A stretch of 64,000 bases of DNA from an uncultured Rikenellaceae bacterium (GCA_964596715.1 CAZQVL010000002.1:50829-114828), one strand, 5' to 3'. Shown: positions 20,324 through 31,003, counted from the first letter of the stretch. Translations and numbers: made by a program. Notes: generated by a model from the sequence alone, not told the origin.

Positions 20324-20665
20324 ATGGAAGTATTAATTGCTTTTATCGCATTGTTTGCAACAGTATTTGGTATAATGTATGTTTATTACACCACACGTAA
20401 CAAAGAACGTCTGATACTTATTGAGAAAGGTGCAGATGCCAGCCTCTTCAATACAGGAAAGGTAGGCAGAGGATCTGTCAGCGGGGGTAAAATAGTACTG
20501 AAAACGGGAATGTTCTTTATGGGTATTGCGATTGGTGTAATAGTCGGTGCAATACTGAGTTATTTGAATGTTCTGGAGGCGGGTCCGAATTATGTATCAA
20601 TGATCTTCTTTTTCGGTGGCCTCAGCCTGGTCATTTATTACCTGATCGACAGGAAAAATAAATAG
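20324..20665 (+). CDS. Small membrane protein (DUF6249-like)
   Basis: TRNKERLILIEKGAD motif, three TM helices, divergent from an ECF locus. Confidence 0.75.
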   Translation: MEVLIAFIALFATVFGIMYVYYTTRNKERLILIEKGADASLFNTGKVGRGSVSGGKIVLKTGMFFMGIAIGVIVGAILSYLNVLEAGPNYVSMIFFFGGLSLVIYYLIDRKNK

Positions 20666-20698
20666 TAGAGACGCACTATTTGTGCGTCTCTACTATTT
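20660..20698. repeat. REP-like palindrome that may act as a bidirectional terminator
   Basis: 17-bp perfect stem AAATAGTAGAGACGCAC / GTGCGTCTCTACTATTT with a 5-nt loop, between convergent genes. Confidence 0.85.
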
Positions 20699-21972
20699 TA
20701 ATTAATGTAGAATTCAATCATTTTTCTGATTGCTTCCCTGCACACAGAGCAGAAGCCTTTCGGGCCATTACTTTTCATCCGGCACTCCATTTCAGCACGA
20801 TAAATACCTTTTGCAGAATAACCACCTCCTTCAAATAATCCCGTAACATTACTGTATTGTTCTTCTGCCGGCGTTGGAACAGGCGTACTTTCCAATATGA
20901 TGTTTTTCCATTTGGAATCAAAATCAACAAGAGTAGTAATATTGGGTTCCCATGGTTCAACATCGAGAGGGTAAAACTCATCATATGCCACGGCTGAGGA
21001 ATAGTATTCATCTGCCAGTCCTGCAAATCCATGACCAAATTCATGCACAAATACTTTTGGAGACAGGGGATGTCCTGTTGTGGTTCCACTGTAATAATTG
21101 TATATACCGCCGCCACCGTATCGGGTACTATTAATCAGAACAACAATATTATCATGGGGAACTGATGCAGCATAATCATTTAGAGTTTTAATGTCGTGGG
21201 TTGTCAGGTATCTGTCAAGATCGAAAGTATAGAAGCTTGAATTCAGAGCTGTATTCAGATAGATACCCTCTCCCGGGATATCAGTACCTGAATCTTCAGA
21301 CACAGCTTCAACTGCCCAAATATTGGTTTTGCTCTTATAATCACTGAATGGTGTGTCTGTGAAGAGCACTTCTGCCATCTTTCTTGCATCTTCTATGAAT
21401 TTTCCCATCTCCTCTTTCTTATAACCCTCAGCAATAAAAGCAATGTCAACGCAATTAGCAGGTTCTCCAGTGAAATTGATTTTTGTAACTCCTACATTAA
21501 CAGGTTTCTCTTTTATTATGAAATAGTTATCAGGATCTATAATCGTATCATAAAGTGTGGAGAATAGGCCTGTTCGCTCCCTTATGCTCAGTACAAACCG
21601 GATCCTGTTTTTTGGGAAGGGCATTGTGGCCACTTCATAAAAACTTCGTTCCATGATCTTAGCCTCAGCAGTGGTCTGCCATTCCTGAAAAAGGGTGCAG
21701 AATCCCCTGGAATAAATGAGGATATTATCGGAGAGATCAAATATTTCATATTTAAAATTACCATAATTAAACGGATCAATAAGGTTTCTTTTCGATCCGG
21801 CCCAGAATGGCTCTTCCTTCATCCCGACAGGATAAACAACCGTTTTCTGATCGTTGCCGGCGAGCATAAAGTCAAATCTTAATACTCTATCATTAAAATA
21901 TTTATCAAAATCAACCTGTGTCAGAACGGGTTGTGAGCAACAGAGAAGAAGAAATATCAGAGATCTTTCCAT
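20698..21972 (-). CDS. M64-family (IgA protease-like) metallopeptidase
   Basis: IAFIAEGY, RYGGGG, HEFGHGFAGLADEY, GLFEGGGY, CRMKSN...FCSVC. Confidence 0.9.
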   Translation of the reverse strand: MERSLIFLLLCCSQPVLTQVDFDKYFNDRVLRFDFMLAGNDQKTVVYPVGMKEEPFWAGSKRNLIDPFNYGNFKYEIFDLSDNILIYSRGFCTLFQEWQTTAEAKIMERSFYEVATMPFPKNRIRFVLSIRERTGLFSTLYDTIIDPDNYFIIKEKPVNVGVTKINFTGEPANCVDIAFIAEGYKKEEMGKFIEDARKMAEVLFTDTPFSDYKSKTNIWAVEAVSEDSGTDIPGEGIYLNTALNSSFYTFDLDRYLTTHDIKTLNDYAASVPHDNIVVLINSTRYGGGGIYNYYSGTTTGHPLSPKVFVHEFGHGFAGLADEYYSSAVAYDEFYPLDVEPWEPNITTLVDFDSKWKNIILESTPVPTPAEEQYSNVTGLFEGGGYSAKGIYRAEMECRMKSNGPKGFCSVCREAIRKMIEFYIN

Positions 21973-22067
21973 TGGACATATTTTATATAAGACATGTAAA
22001 GCTAAAAATTTACATCAATACAAGTTAATAATTTGTATAATTTTGCCTCGGACTAAAAATTAATATT

Positions 22068-23285
22068 ATGGCTGATCTGAACACCAGAATTAGTGATTTT
22101 ATCTGGAGGAATATTAGTGAAAAAAAAGTAAAAGGTGTGAAAGATCCCTTCTGGGAGTCACTCCGGAATACAGGAACAGAACTCTGGCTCGATACTGGTG
22201 ACATGAAGGAAGCTGAAGAAAACTGGACAGCCGAGATGAGTGCTCTTACTACTAATAATACTCTTCTTAATAATGAGATACAAAAAGGTATTTATGATGC
22301 ATTTATTTCAGAGGCAAAGAGTATTGTAAGGGATCTGCCTGCGGAAGACAGGGTAAAAGAGATAGCTTTTATTCTAAATTCCAGGCATGGATTACGGTTG
22401 GCTCTTAAATTCGGGGGGTACGTAAGTGTTGAGTTACATACAGATACAGCCCATGACATTAAAGCAATTGAATACTATGGCAGAAGATATCATGAAATAT
22501 GCCCTGAACAGTTTATCATCAAAGTTCCTTTTACTGCTGAAGGATTGATAGGTGCGCGAAGGCTAAAGGAATCAGGTGTTAGAGTCAATTTCACTCTTGA
22601 ATTCAGTGCACGCGAAAATGTAATTGTGACAAAGGTTGCCAGGCCAGACTATCTGAATGTTTTTATGGGGAGAATAGGTGCCTATATGATTAATAATAAG
22701 CTTGGTGATGGATCAGGTGCGGGAGAGATGGCAGTTATAGCCTCACAGAACTGGGTGACTGGTCTTTCGGCTCAGAATCCGTGGCAGACAAAACTTATTG
22801 CTGCAAGTCTGAGACATTATGCACAACTTGAACTTCTGGCCGGAACGGATGTTTTAACTATACCCCCAAAGGTTGCTGCAGCAGGCAGGAAAGAATTAAG
22901 TGGCCGGTTCTCATCCAGAACTCATGAGAACTACGAAGTCAGTCTTTATTCATCAGCAAAGAATGCGCATATTGAAAAGTTCTGGGAGGTTGATGATAAT
23001 GTTCTAAGCCTGGCAGAAAGACTTTCGCGGAATGTTCCCGCTACCGGGCAGGAACTAATTGAGATAGCACATGATGAGGGTTGTGGTGATATCTTCCCTG
23101 TACTTACCAGGGAAGAGAAATCATTAATTGCTTCGGATGGCAAGATTCCGGTCCATTCCAGGTGGGAAAAGAAGATAAGGGAAGGCACTATTGCTCCCGA
23201 CACCCTTCTGACTCTTGCGGGAATAGCCTCATTTACTACAGATCAGCAGATGCTTGATGAAAGAATAAAAAGCATTATTGAATAA
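22068..23285 (+). CDS. Transaldolase-family protein (long form)
   Basis: ELWLDTGD, LTTNN, IIKVPFTAEGL (Schiff-base Lys), VNFTLEFS, TKLIAASLR. Confidence 0.82.
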   Translation: MADLNTRISDFIWRNISEKKVKGVKDPFWESLRNTGTELWLDTGDMKEAEENWTAEMSALTTNNTLLNNEIQKGIYDAFISEAKSIVRDLPAEDRVKEIAFILNSRHGLRLALKFGGYVSVELHTDTAHDIKAIEYYGRRYHEICPEQFIIKVPFTAEGLIGARRLKESGVRVNFTLEFSARENVIVTKVARPDYLNVFMGRIGAYMINNKLGDGSGAGEMAVIASQNWVTGLSAQNPWQTKLIAASLRHYAQLELLAGTDVLTIPPKVAAAGRKELSGRFSSRTHENYEVSLYSSAKNAHIEKFWEVDDNVLSLAERLSRNVPATGQELIEIAHDEGCGDIFPVLTREEKSLIASDGKIPVHSRWEKKIREGTIAPDTLLTLAGIASFTTDQQMLDERIKSIIE

Positions 23286-24027
23286 GTCTGGCTGTGCGCT
23301 GCTTCATTATTTCATAAAGGAGTATCCCTGCAGATACTGAAACATTAAGTGAAGAAATAGTCCCTGTAACCGGTATTCTGACCTGGTAATCGGAAAAGGC
23401 TGTTATTTCACGGCTTATCCCCCGGTCTTCAGAGCCAAGGATAAGCACTGCAGGACCAGTAAGAGGGACTTCATAAACCATTGACTGCGACTTTTCAGTC
23501 CCGCATATCACTTTCAGTCCCGAGTCTTTAAGATACTCTATTGACCTGACAATGCTTTTTTCCCTGCATACAGGGAATGAATGCAAAGCTCCTGCAGAAG
23601 TTTTAATTGCATCACCAGTTATTCTGGCTGATCCTTTTTCGGGGATCACAACAGCATGCACTCCCATACAGTTGGCGGTACGTACAATTGCACCAAAGTT
23701 CCTGACATCCGAAACACCATCAAGAGCAACAATAAGAGGATCTTCTCCTTTTTCGAATATCACAGGGAGAAGGTTAGTGATTTTCTGATATTCAATTAAT
23801 GACAGCCATGCTAAAACACCCTGATGATTTTTCCGGGTCACCATTTCTATTCTTTCGGGCGGAACAATACGGTAACTTATATCATGCTTTTTAACTTCAT
23901 TCATCATTTCATGATACAAGGCTCCCTGAAGTCCCTGGCGGATCAATAAGCGATCGATCTGTCTCCCGGCTCTGATTGCCTCTATAACAGCCCGCAAACC
24001 AAAAATACAGTCAGATTCTTTTATCAT
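23275..24027 (-). CDS. rlmB: 23S rRNA G2251 2'-O-methyltransferase (TrmH family)
   Basis: NHQGV, LDGVSDVRNFGAIVRT, GSEDRG, SLNVSVSAG. Confidence 0.92.
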   Translation of the reverse strand: MIKESDCIFGLRAVIEAIRAGRQIDRLLIRQGLQGALYHEMMNEVKKHDISYRIVPPERIEMVTRKNHQGVLAWLSLIEYQKITNLLPVIFEKGEDPLIVALDGVSDVRNFGAIVRTANCMGVHAVVIPEKGSARITGDAIKTSAGALHSFPVCREKSIVRSIEYLKDSGLKVICGTEKSQSMVYEVPLTGPAVLILGSEDRGISREITAFSDYQVRIPVTGTISSLNVSVSAGILLYEIMKQRTARLIQ

Positions 24028-24032
24028 CTTTT

Positions 24033-25385
24033 CTATATATCACCGGGATTATCAAGACGGTAAACTATGCCTCTTCTCCAGCTTGCTATTGCCTGATCCC
24101 AGTTAGTTATAAGTGTTTCACTGCGGCTGATATAATAGTCGTTATCGGAGGAGATACTGTTTCTTTTTTTGAATGTGAAATACAGATAATCTTCTTTTAA
24201 CCTGTATCTTCCTCCCCATGAGGATTTTATGACTGGTTTTCGATAACCCCATCTTTCCCCGTCAGAGGTCTTATATACTTTATCGGGAGGTCCGTATATT
24301 ATATAAATCATACCTCTTTCGGTCCTCCATCCCTCTTTAAAAGATGTGAAATAAAAGTTAGAGTAATATACTCTTGTATAAAAGATCCTTATAAGCTCCC
24401 TCGATTTTTCAACATTACCTCCGCATTTAATCCAGAATTCATCCAGTGCAACTTTTGGTTTCGGGCTCGAGGTTAAAGATGCTATCTCATCCTGTGAAGA
24501 AAGGTAAGCAAGAGGTTCTATCATCACCTCAGGAGTAGTCATTGAAGGATATGTCTCACCGAAATTATAAAAAGTGAAACCATCTCTGATATCCCTATCT
24601 GTCGTGCACAGGTATACACCTTTTTGCGGGAACATCATGGGTAGAGTGTCGGAGTAAGGAAATACAATAACAGTATCCGGTTCATAATCAAGAGTTTTTT
24701 CCGGAAGGAGCATTGATGGAGGATCAGGAATACCTGTTAATGGTTTATAAAATGAAACATAAATAGAATCAACAGGATTTCTTGGATAAATAAGGTTAAC
24801 ATATTCGTTTTCTCTCAATACAGGATTGAAAAGTTCATTCTTAATAAAATGTCCCTGAGCCCTGAAATTGTATTTATTATTATACGACAGTGTGTTAAAC
24901 GGGATAAATGCCTGTATTACCTGCGTCCGGAGCCTGTCCAGTATTTTGACCTCCGCCATATAGTCAACTCCTCTTTCAACCCTGAGCGGAATATTATAAG
25001 TGTATTCAGGGCGTGACTCTTCTTTAACGATACTGATATTGTAAACTGCTGTATCTGTCAGAATCCTGCCACTGGTTATATTATAAAGCTTGACAGTTAC
25101 AAGTATCATTGCCATAGGCACACCCTGAGGATTTGCTTCCGAGAAAAAGAGATCACCTGTAAAAAATTTAATCGAGAGGAGTGAGGACTCATCCGATTGA
25201 TTGAATACTTTATACCTCGGATTAATAGGGTTCCTCGATGGATTATAAAGATATGAGAGGTCTTTGGAATCAATAGCAGGCTGCATTGTTTTACAGGATA
25301 TCATAACTGCCATAGTCATTAAAAGAATAGGTAGAAAAGATAAAATCCTGGTAGAAATATTATGTCTGTTCATATTGTTATTCAT
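24033..25385 (-). CDS. GWxTD-domain lipoprotein
   Basis: Lipobox (MISC); EGWRTERGMIYIIYGPPD. Confidence 0.8.
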   Translation of the reverse strand: MNNNMNRHNISTRILSFLPILLMTMAVMISCKTMQPAIDSKDLSYLYNPSRNPINPRYKVFNQSDESSLLSIKFFTGDLFFSEANPQGVPMAMILVTVKLYNITSGRILTDTAVYNISIVKEESRPEYTYNIPLRVERGVDYMAEVKILDRLRTQVIQAFIPFNTLSYNNKYNFRAQGHFIKNELFNPVLRENEYVNLIYPRNPVDSIYVSFYKPLTGIPDPPSMLLPEKTLDYEPDTVIVFPYSDTLPMMFPQKGVYLCTTDRDIRDGFTFYNFGETYPSMTTPEVMIEPLAYLSSQDEIASLTSSPKPKVALDEFWIKCGGNVEKSRELIRIFYTRVYYSNFYFTSFKEGWRTERGMIYIIYGPPDKVYKTSDGERWGYRKPVIKSSWGGRYRLKEDYLYFTFKKRNSISSDNDYYISRSETLITNWDQAIASWRRGIVYRLDNPGDI

Positions 25386-25391
25386 TTATAT

Positions 25392-26156
25392 TCAAAGGTT
25401 GTTTTGTTTCCAGCCCATTCTTATCCGGCACAACTCAGTATTATCAGTTGAGCGGTAAACAGAATGATTATAAAAGTTGTTATTATCTTGTTCCTTTTTT
25501 GAGGACCTGATAATAATATCGTCATTATAATGCGATTCGGAAAGATAGTTGATTTCAACAAAATGCGGGGTATTTTTCATACAGAATTCGAGGTCATAGC
25601 TATCTGTCACCCATTTAATATAGTTTACATTGTTTGTATGCAGATTAACATCAAGATCGCTTATGTTTACTCTGAATTCTGAACTGATCTGACTATTATT
25701 CGGAACAGGTTCTAATTTTGCTGCATTTCTCTGGAGGGATTTATTTTCGGGAAAGACTTTATTAAAACCGGTAAGGTTATTGTCGGGTCTTTGAATTTTT
25801 CTGGTAGTATTGTGTACAATAAGCCAGGAGGATGTAGCTGAAGCTATTAGCCTGCCGTCAGTATAACATGCCTCATAGTCACGAAGGGCAAATAGTTTTT
25901 CTGTTCCTCTGGGCCATGTAGTAACAATCAGAGTATCTTCCCACGAAGGCATTCGGGTAATTTCCGCATACATTCGTGAAAGAACCCAGAAACAGTGGTC
26001 TTTTAATAGATCATCCCTTCCATAACCAAGTTTTATGGCATGTTCAGATGCTACATCCTGAAAGAAATTAAAGAGGGAATAAAGGCTGAGTTTTCCCTCG
26101 GGTCCTGTTTCATAAACATGAACCCTGTACTCCTTTTTAAGTTGCAGTTCGTTCAT
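25392..26156 (-). CDS. Acyl-ACP thioesterase
   Basis: FQDVASEHA, FWVLSR, TWPRG, DLDVNLHTNNVNY. Confidence 0.88.
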   Translation of the reverse strand: MNELQLKKEYRVHVYETGPEGKLSLYSLFNFFQDVASEHAIKLGYGRDDLLKDHCFWVLSRMYAEITRMPSWEDTLIVTTWPRGTEKLFALRDYEACYTDGRLIASATSSWLIVHNTTRKIQRPDNNLTGFNKVFPENKSLQRNAAKLEPVPNNSQISSEFRVNISDLDVNLHTNNVNYIKWVTDSYDLEFCMKNTPHFVEINYLSESHYNDDIIIRSSKKEQDNNNFYNHSVYRSTDNTELCRIRMGWKQNNL

Positions 26157-28099
26157 TCGGTGGTTTTTCGTAGAAAATCTTCAACTTCATGGTAAAATGA
26201 TACCCAATTGTTCATTTCTTTATTTAGACGTTCCCTGAGAAGATTGTAATTAGTGTAGATATCTGCATCAACACTGGCAGGGTGATCCGGATTTGAAAGT
26301 ATTTTGTCCATATCCATTAATTCTGCTTCCATCTTTTCAATCTGCTTCTCAGAATCTTTAAGCCTTTTGCGTAACTTTCGCAGGTTTCGCTCATATTCCT
26401 TCTTATCAAAGTATCGCTGTTTATTTACAGAGATATTATCCCTGTTTACAACGTTAACGGATTTATCTTTCAGTTCTATATCCCTCAGGTCCTTTATTTT
26501 CTTTTTTCTCAGGAAATCATAAATTCCTCCAATGTTCTCTTTGACAGTTTTATTTCTGAACTCATACACTTTTTCCACCAGCCCGTCAAGAAAATCCCTG
26601 TCATGAGAAACCACAATTAATGTGCCATCATATTTCATCAGTGCCTGTTTCAGTATATCCTTTGAATGGATGTCAAGGTGATTGGTAGGTTCATCGAGCA
26701 CAAGCAGATTGGCAGGTTCCAGGAGTAGTTTTGCCAGAGCAAGACGTGATCGTTCACCACCCGAAAGCACTTTGACTTTCTTTTCAATATCATCCCCACT
26801 GAACAGAAAAGCCCCTAGCAGATCACGGATTTTTGTTCTTATTTCTCCTTTTGCCACATCATCGATGGTCTGAAAAACTGTCTTGTTGTCATCAAGCAAT
26901 TCATCCTGATTCTGGGCATAATAACCAGTTATTACATTATGTCCCTTTTTAAATTTGCCTGTAAAATTGAGTTCACTATTAATAATTCTTGCCAGGGTTG
27001 TTTTTCCTTCCGCATTACGGCCCACAAACGCAATTTTTTCACCTCTGGTAACAGTGATTGCAATTTTGTTCAGAACAAGATGCGAACCATAGCATTTAGA
27101 AAGGTCCTCTGCTTCTATCACTACTGTGCCCGACCGTGGTGCAGGTGGAAACCTTACATTAATGGAACTGGTATCTTCTGCATCTACTTCAATCCGGTCA
27201 AGCCTGGCCAGTTGTTTAATCTTCGACTGGACCTGGACGGCCTTGGTTGCTTTGTACCTGAACCTTTCAATGAATTTTTCAGTATCTTCTATCATTTTTT
27301 GCTGGTTCCTGTAAGAGGCGAGCTGTTGTTCTCTGCGCTCTTTTCTCAGGATCACAAATTCAGACCAGGAAGCTTTATAGTCATATATCTTCCCGAGGGA
27401 TATCTCTATTGTTCTTCTGGTTATGTTATCCAGAAAAGCACGATCGTGGGAAACAAGCATAACCGCTCCGGAATAGCCTGTAAGATATGTTTCAAACCAC
27501 TGAATTGACTCAATATCAAGATGGTTTGTCGGTTCATCAAGCAGCAGTAATGAAGGTTTCTTTAAAAGTATCTTTGCAAGCTCAATACGTATCCTCCATC
27601 CCCCGCTTAATTCTACAGTGGGCCTGTTAAAATCCTCCCTTTCAAATCCAAGGCCAGTAAGTGCCAGTTCGGTTTCTGCAATATAATTTGACCCGCCAAG
27701 CATACGGAATCTCTCTTCAGACAAAGTCAGAAAATCACATAGTCTCATATATTCAACTGATTCATAGTCTGCCCTGGAGGAAATTTCTTTACTGTATTTT
27801 TCTATTTCTTCCGACAGATTTATTATATCAGAGAAGGCTGAGACAGTTTCATCCCAGACTGTTGTATTATCATCAACTCTCATTTGCTGAGGAAGATAGC
27901 CAATTGTAACATCTCCGGACATATCTATTACTCCGGTGGTTGGATTCTGGATACCTGCAATGATTTTAAGAAGTGTCGATTTCCCGGAACCGTTTTTACC
28001 TGTAAGCCCAATCCTGTCATGCTCATTGATAAGAAATGATAGATTTTTTAACAGGTCAAAACTGCCAAATGAAACACAAACATCCTGTACCGCAACCAT
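26153..28099 (-). CDS. ABC-F family ATPase
   Basis: Two ABC domains (GKNGSGKS, LSGGWRIR, LSGGERSR, DEPTNHLD), no TM segments, coiled-coil tail. Confidence 0.92.
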   Translation of the reverse strand: MVAVQDVCVSFGSFDLLKNLSFLINEHDRIGLTGKNGSGKSTLLKIIAGIQNPTTGVIDMSGDVTIGYLPQQMRVDDNTTVWDETVSAFSDIINLSEEIEKYSKEISSRADYESVEYMRLCDFLTLSEERFRMLGGSNYIAETELALTGLGFEREDFNRPTVELSGGWRIRIELAKILLKKPSLLLLDEPTNHLDIESIQWFETYLTGYSGAVMLVSHDRAFLDNITRRTIEISLGKIYDYKASWSEFVILRKERREQQLASYRNQQKMIEDTEKFIERFRYKATKAVQVQSKIKQLARLDRIEVDAEDTSSINVRFPPAPRSGTVVIEAEDLSKCYGSHLVLNKIAITVTRGEKIAFVGRNAEGKTTLARIINSELNFTGKFKKGHNVITGYYAQNQDELLDDNKTVFQTIDDVAKGEIRTKIRDLLGAFLFSGDDIEKKVKVLSGGERSRLALAKLLLEPANLLVLDEPTNHLDIHSKDILKQALMKYDGTLIVVSHDRDFLDGLVEKVYEFRNKTVKENIGGIYDFLRKKKIKDLRDIELKDKSVNVVNRDNISVNKQRYFDKKEYERNLRKLRKRLKDSEKQIEKMEAELMDMDKILSNPDHPASVDADIYTNYNLLRERLNKEMNNWVSFYHEVEDFLRKTTE

Positions 28100-28239
28100 A
28101 AAAATACTTAATTGAGGACAAATATAGAAAAAGTATGAAAGCCGGGGAAGTATGGTGTATTAGCAGAAAGCGTTATCTTTGCAATAATGACCAAATAAAC
28201 ACATTATTAATCACGATAAATTAAATAGTTACTAATGCC

Positions 28240-29466
28240 ATGAAGAATTACAGTTTATTCTTGAGATTCACCATACTTTTATCAGTAGCAGCCGTCTTTT
28301 TTAACTCCTGTAAAAAAGAGACCGGAAAAGAGTATTCATACTTTGTTTCGAAGGATCTTCTGATATCTTATGATATAACATACATACATACTCTGTTTGA
28401 AAGTGCTTCGGTGGACTATCCCGATATCAACGATCTGAAACCTCTGGTTGAAACTGATGTAAATGTTTATAGCCTGGTATATTCGACTACCATAAACAAT
28501 GAAGAAGTAAATGCTTCCGGATTATTATGTGTTCCGGTCGATGAAGGTGAATACCCGGTTCTGTGTTTCCATAACGGAACCAATACTGTTGATGCGTATG
28601 CACCCAGTAATTTTGTGTTAAATCCACTTTACCAGATGGTTGAGGTCATTGCTTCAATAGGATACTGTGTTATAATTCCTGATTACCCCGGATTTGGGGA
28701 ATCTGCTCATCTGGTTCATCCTTATCTTATAGCAGAACCCACTGTGCGATCAATTGTGGATATGCTATATGCTGTAAATGAACTCGGTGATTCAGAGCTA
28801 CCGGGCTTCTCAATTAAAAATGAATATTATCTTCTGGGGTATTCACAGGGTGGATGGGCGGCATTTGCGATGCATAAAGCACTTGAACTGGATTATGCCA
28901 GTGATTTTAATCTGGGAGGAAGTGCCTGCGGGGCAGGCCCTTATAATCTAAGTTTGTTATTTCAGGAGATGACAAATGAAATATATTATCCGATGCCCGT
29001 TTATATTGGGTATATTGTAAATGCCTATTCAGCTTATAATCAGTTCTCAAATCCGGTAACAGATATTTTAAATGAACCATTTGCTTCCGCCTTAAGTTCG
29101 TTATACACAGGAACACTTTCTTCTGATCAGATCAACAACCAGCTTACAACCTCAATCCCCGAATTATTTACCGCAGATTTTCTTGCAGGATTTGCCTCTG
29201 AGCCTGAATATTCAACGATCAGGGAGGCACTGGCTAATAACAGTATATCTGCCTGGAATTCTGCAAAACCGCTGTACTTTGTACACGGGGAAAATGATAC
29301 TCAAGTCAGTCCGCTTACTACAGAAAATATATATGATGCAATGATTCAGGCCGGAACCTCCCCGGCGACCTGTATAAAGGAAATAGTGCCCGGAGTTGAT
29401 CACGGTGATGGGATAGTTCCATGTATGTTAAAAGGATTATTTTTCATAATGAGTTTGGGTAAATAA
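28240..29466 (+). CDS. Secreted alpha/beta-hydrolase lipoprotein (secretory lipase-like)
   Basis: Lipobox (FNSC), FHNGT, PDYPGFG, GYSQGG, HGENDTQV, VDHG. Confidence 0.82.
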   Translation: MKNYSLFLRFTILLSVAAVFFNSCKKETGKEYSYFVSKDLLISYDITYIHTLFESASVDYPDINDLKPLVETDVNVYSLVYSTTINNEEVNASGLLCVPVDEGEYPVLCFHNGTNTVDAYAPSNFVLNPLYQMVEVIASIGYCVIIPDYPGFGESAHLVHPYLIAEPTVRSIVDMLYAVNELGDSELPGFSIKNEYYLLGYSQGGWAAFAMHKALELDYASDFNLGGSACGAGPYNLSLLFQEMTNEIYYPMPVYIGYIVNAYSAYNQFSNPVTDILNEPFASALSSLYTGTLSSDQINNQLTTSIPELFTADFLAGFASEPEYSTIREALANNSISAWNSAKPLYFVHGENDTQVSPLTTENIYDAMIQAGTSPATCIKEIVPGVDHGDGIVPCMLKGLFFIMSLGK

Positions 29467-29518
29467 AAAATTAATCCGGGATCATTATTCCAGGATATAT
29501 AGAGAAAACATACTGATA

Positions 29519-30931
29519 GTGAGAAGGAGAAAAGATCTGCCTCTGCTTGAAAAGGTGAAGGTAACTGATATTGGTTATGAAGGAAACTCGGTAGCGAGAG
29601 TTAATGACCTTGTAGTTTTTGTTCCGGGACTTATTCCGGGTGATATTGTTGATATACAGGTAGTCAGAAAAAAAAGAAATTACTTTGAAGGAAAAGTTGT
29701 ACGATTCCAAGACTATTCCAGTGACAGAATAGAACCCCGGTGCATCCATTTCGGGAAATGCGGAGGATGTAAATGGCAGCATCTACCTTACAATCTTCAG
29801 CTTCATTTCAAGGAGAAGCAGGTGAAAGATATCCTTACAAGGATAGGGAAAGTGGATATTCCTCATATAAAACCTGTTATTGGAGCGTCCGAGGTATATA
29901 ACTACAGGAATAAACTCGAATACACATTTTCAGACAAACAGTGGCTGACATGCAAAGAGCTATCCTCAGATAATGAGTTTGCAAAGGACGATGCCATCGG
30001 ATTTCATGTCCCGGGCTTCTTTGATAAAGTACTGGATATCCGGGAATGTCATCTACAACCAGAACCTTCAAATGCAATAAGAAATCTAATCAGGGATTAT
30101 GCTCATAAAAACCGGCTTGCATTTTTTAATTTAAAGGAGCCATCGGGTTTTCTCAGAAATCTTGTAATACGTAATTCGCTCGATGGTAAAGTAATGGTGA
30201 TACTAGTCTTCTATTATGAAGATGAGAAAAAAAGAAAGGGTCTTCTTGATTTCATAAAATCCCAATTTCCACAGATCGCTTCTTTAATGTTTGTTATTAA
30301 TTCGAAAAGAAATGATTGCCTAGCCGACCAGAGAGTGATGCTTTATTATGGGGAAGATCATCTGATGGAAGAGATGGAAGGACTGAGATTCAGGATCGGA
30401 CCTAAATCGTTTTATCAGACTAATACAAAACAAGCTCTCCAATTATATAACGTTGCAAAAAGTTTTGCAGCACTTACAGGTAAAGAGATAGTTTATGACC
30501 TTTATACCGGGGCAGGTACAATTGCAAATTTTATTGCAGGTTCTGCAAAAAAAGTAATTGGACTTGAGTATCTGGAAGAGGCGGTCAGGGATGCAGCTGT
30601 TAATTCGGCGCTGAATAATATTAAAAATACTTGTTTCATTTCTGGTGATATCAGGTTCGTGCTTAACAGACAATTAATGCTTCTGCATGGCAAGCCTGAT
30701 ATTATCATCACCGATCCGCCAAGAGCAGGAATGCATCAGGATGTTGTAAAATCTATTCTTGAAACTTCTCCAACGAGAATTATATATATTAGTTGTAATC
30801 CTGCTACACAGGCACGTGATATCTCCTTAATGTCAGGCCAGTACGAGGCAACCATGGCTCAGCCTGTGGATATGTTCCCGCATACTCATCATATTGAGAA
30901 CGTTGTTCTTCTGGAAAAGCGAAGAGTATAA
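29519..30931 (+). CDS. rlmD: 23S rRNA U1939 C5-methyltransferase
   Basis: TRAM domain, CIHFGKCGGC Fe-S motif, YDLYTGAGTI, DPPRAG, YISCNP, DMFPHTHH. Confidence 0.92.
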   Translation: MRRRKDLPLLEKVKVTDIGYEGNSVARVNDLVVFVPGLIPGDIVDIQVVRKKRNYFEGKVVRFQDYSSDRIEPRCIHFGKCGGCKWQHLPYNLQLHFKEKQVKDILTRIGKVDIPHIKPVIGASEVYNYRNKLEYTFSDKQWLTCKELSSDNEFAKDDAIGFHVPGFFDKVLDIRECHLQPEPSNAIRNLIRDYAHKNRLAFFNLKEPSGFLRNLVIRNSLDGKVMVILVFYYEDEKKRKGLLDFIKSQFPQIASLMFVINSKRNDCLADQRVMLYYGEDHLMEEMEGLRFRIGPKSFYQTNTKQALQLYNVAKSFAALTGKEIVYDLYTGAGTIANFIAGSAKKVIGLEYLEEAVRDAAVNSALNNIKNTCFISGDIRFVLNRQLMLLHGKPDIIITDPPRAGMHQDVVKSILETSPTRIIYISCNPATQARDISLMSGQYEATMAQPVDMFPHTHHIENVVLLEKRRV

Positions 30932-31003
30932 AGGTTATAGATTAGATGTTCAGTAATATAAAATTTAATGTATATTTATCGTTCGTTTAAAAGATAACCG
31001 GTA

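Noticed and set aside
24033-25385. GWRTE instead of GWxTD
   Set aside because: Conservative single substitution in an otherwise typical domain.
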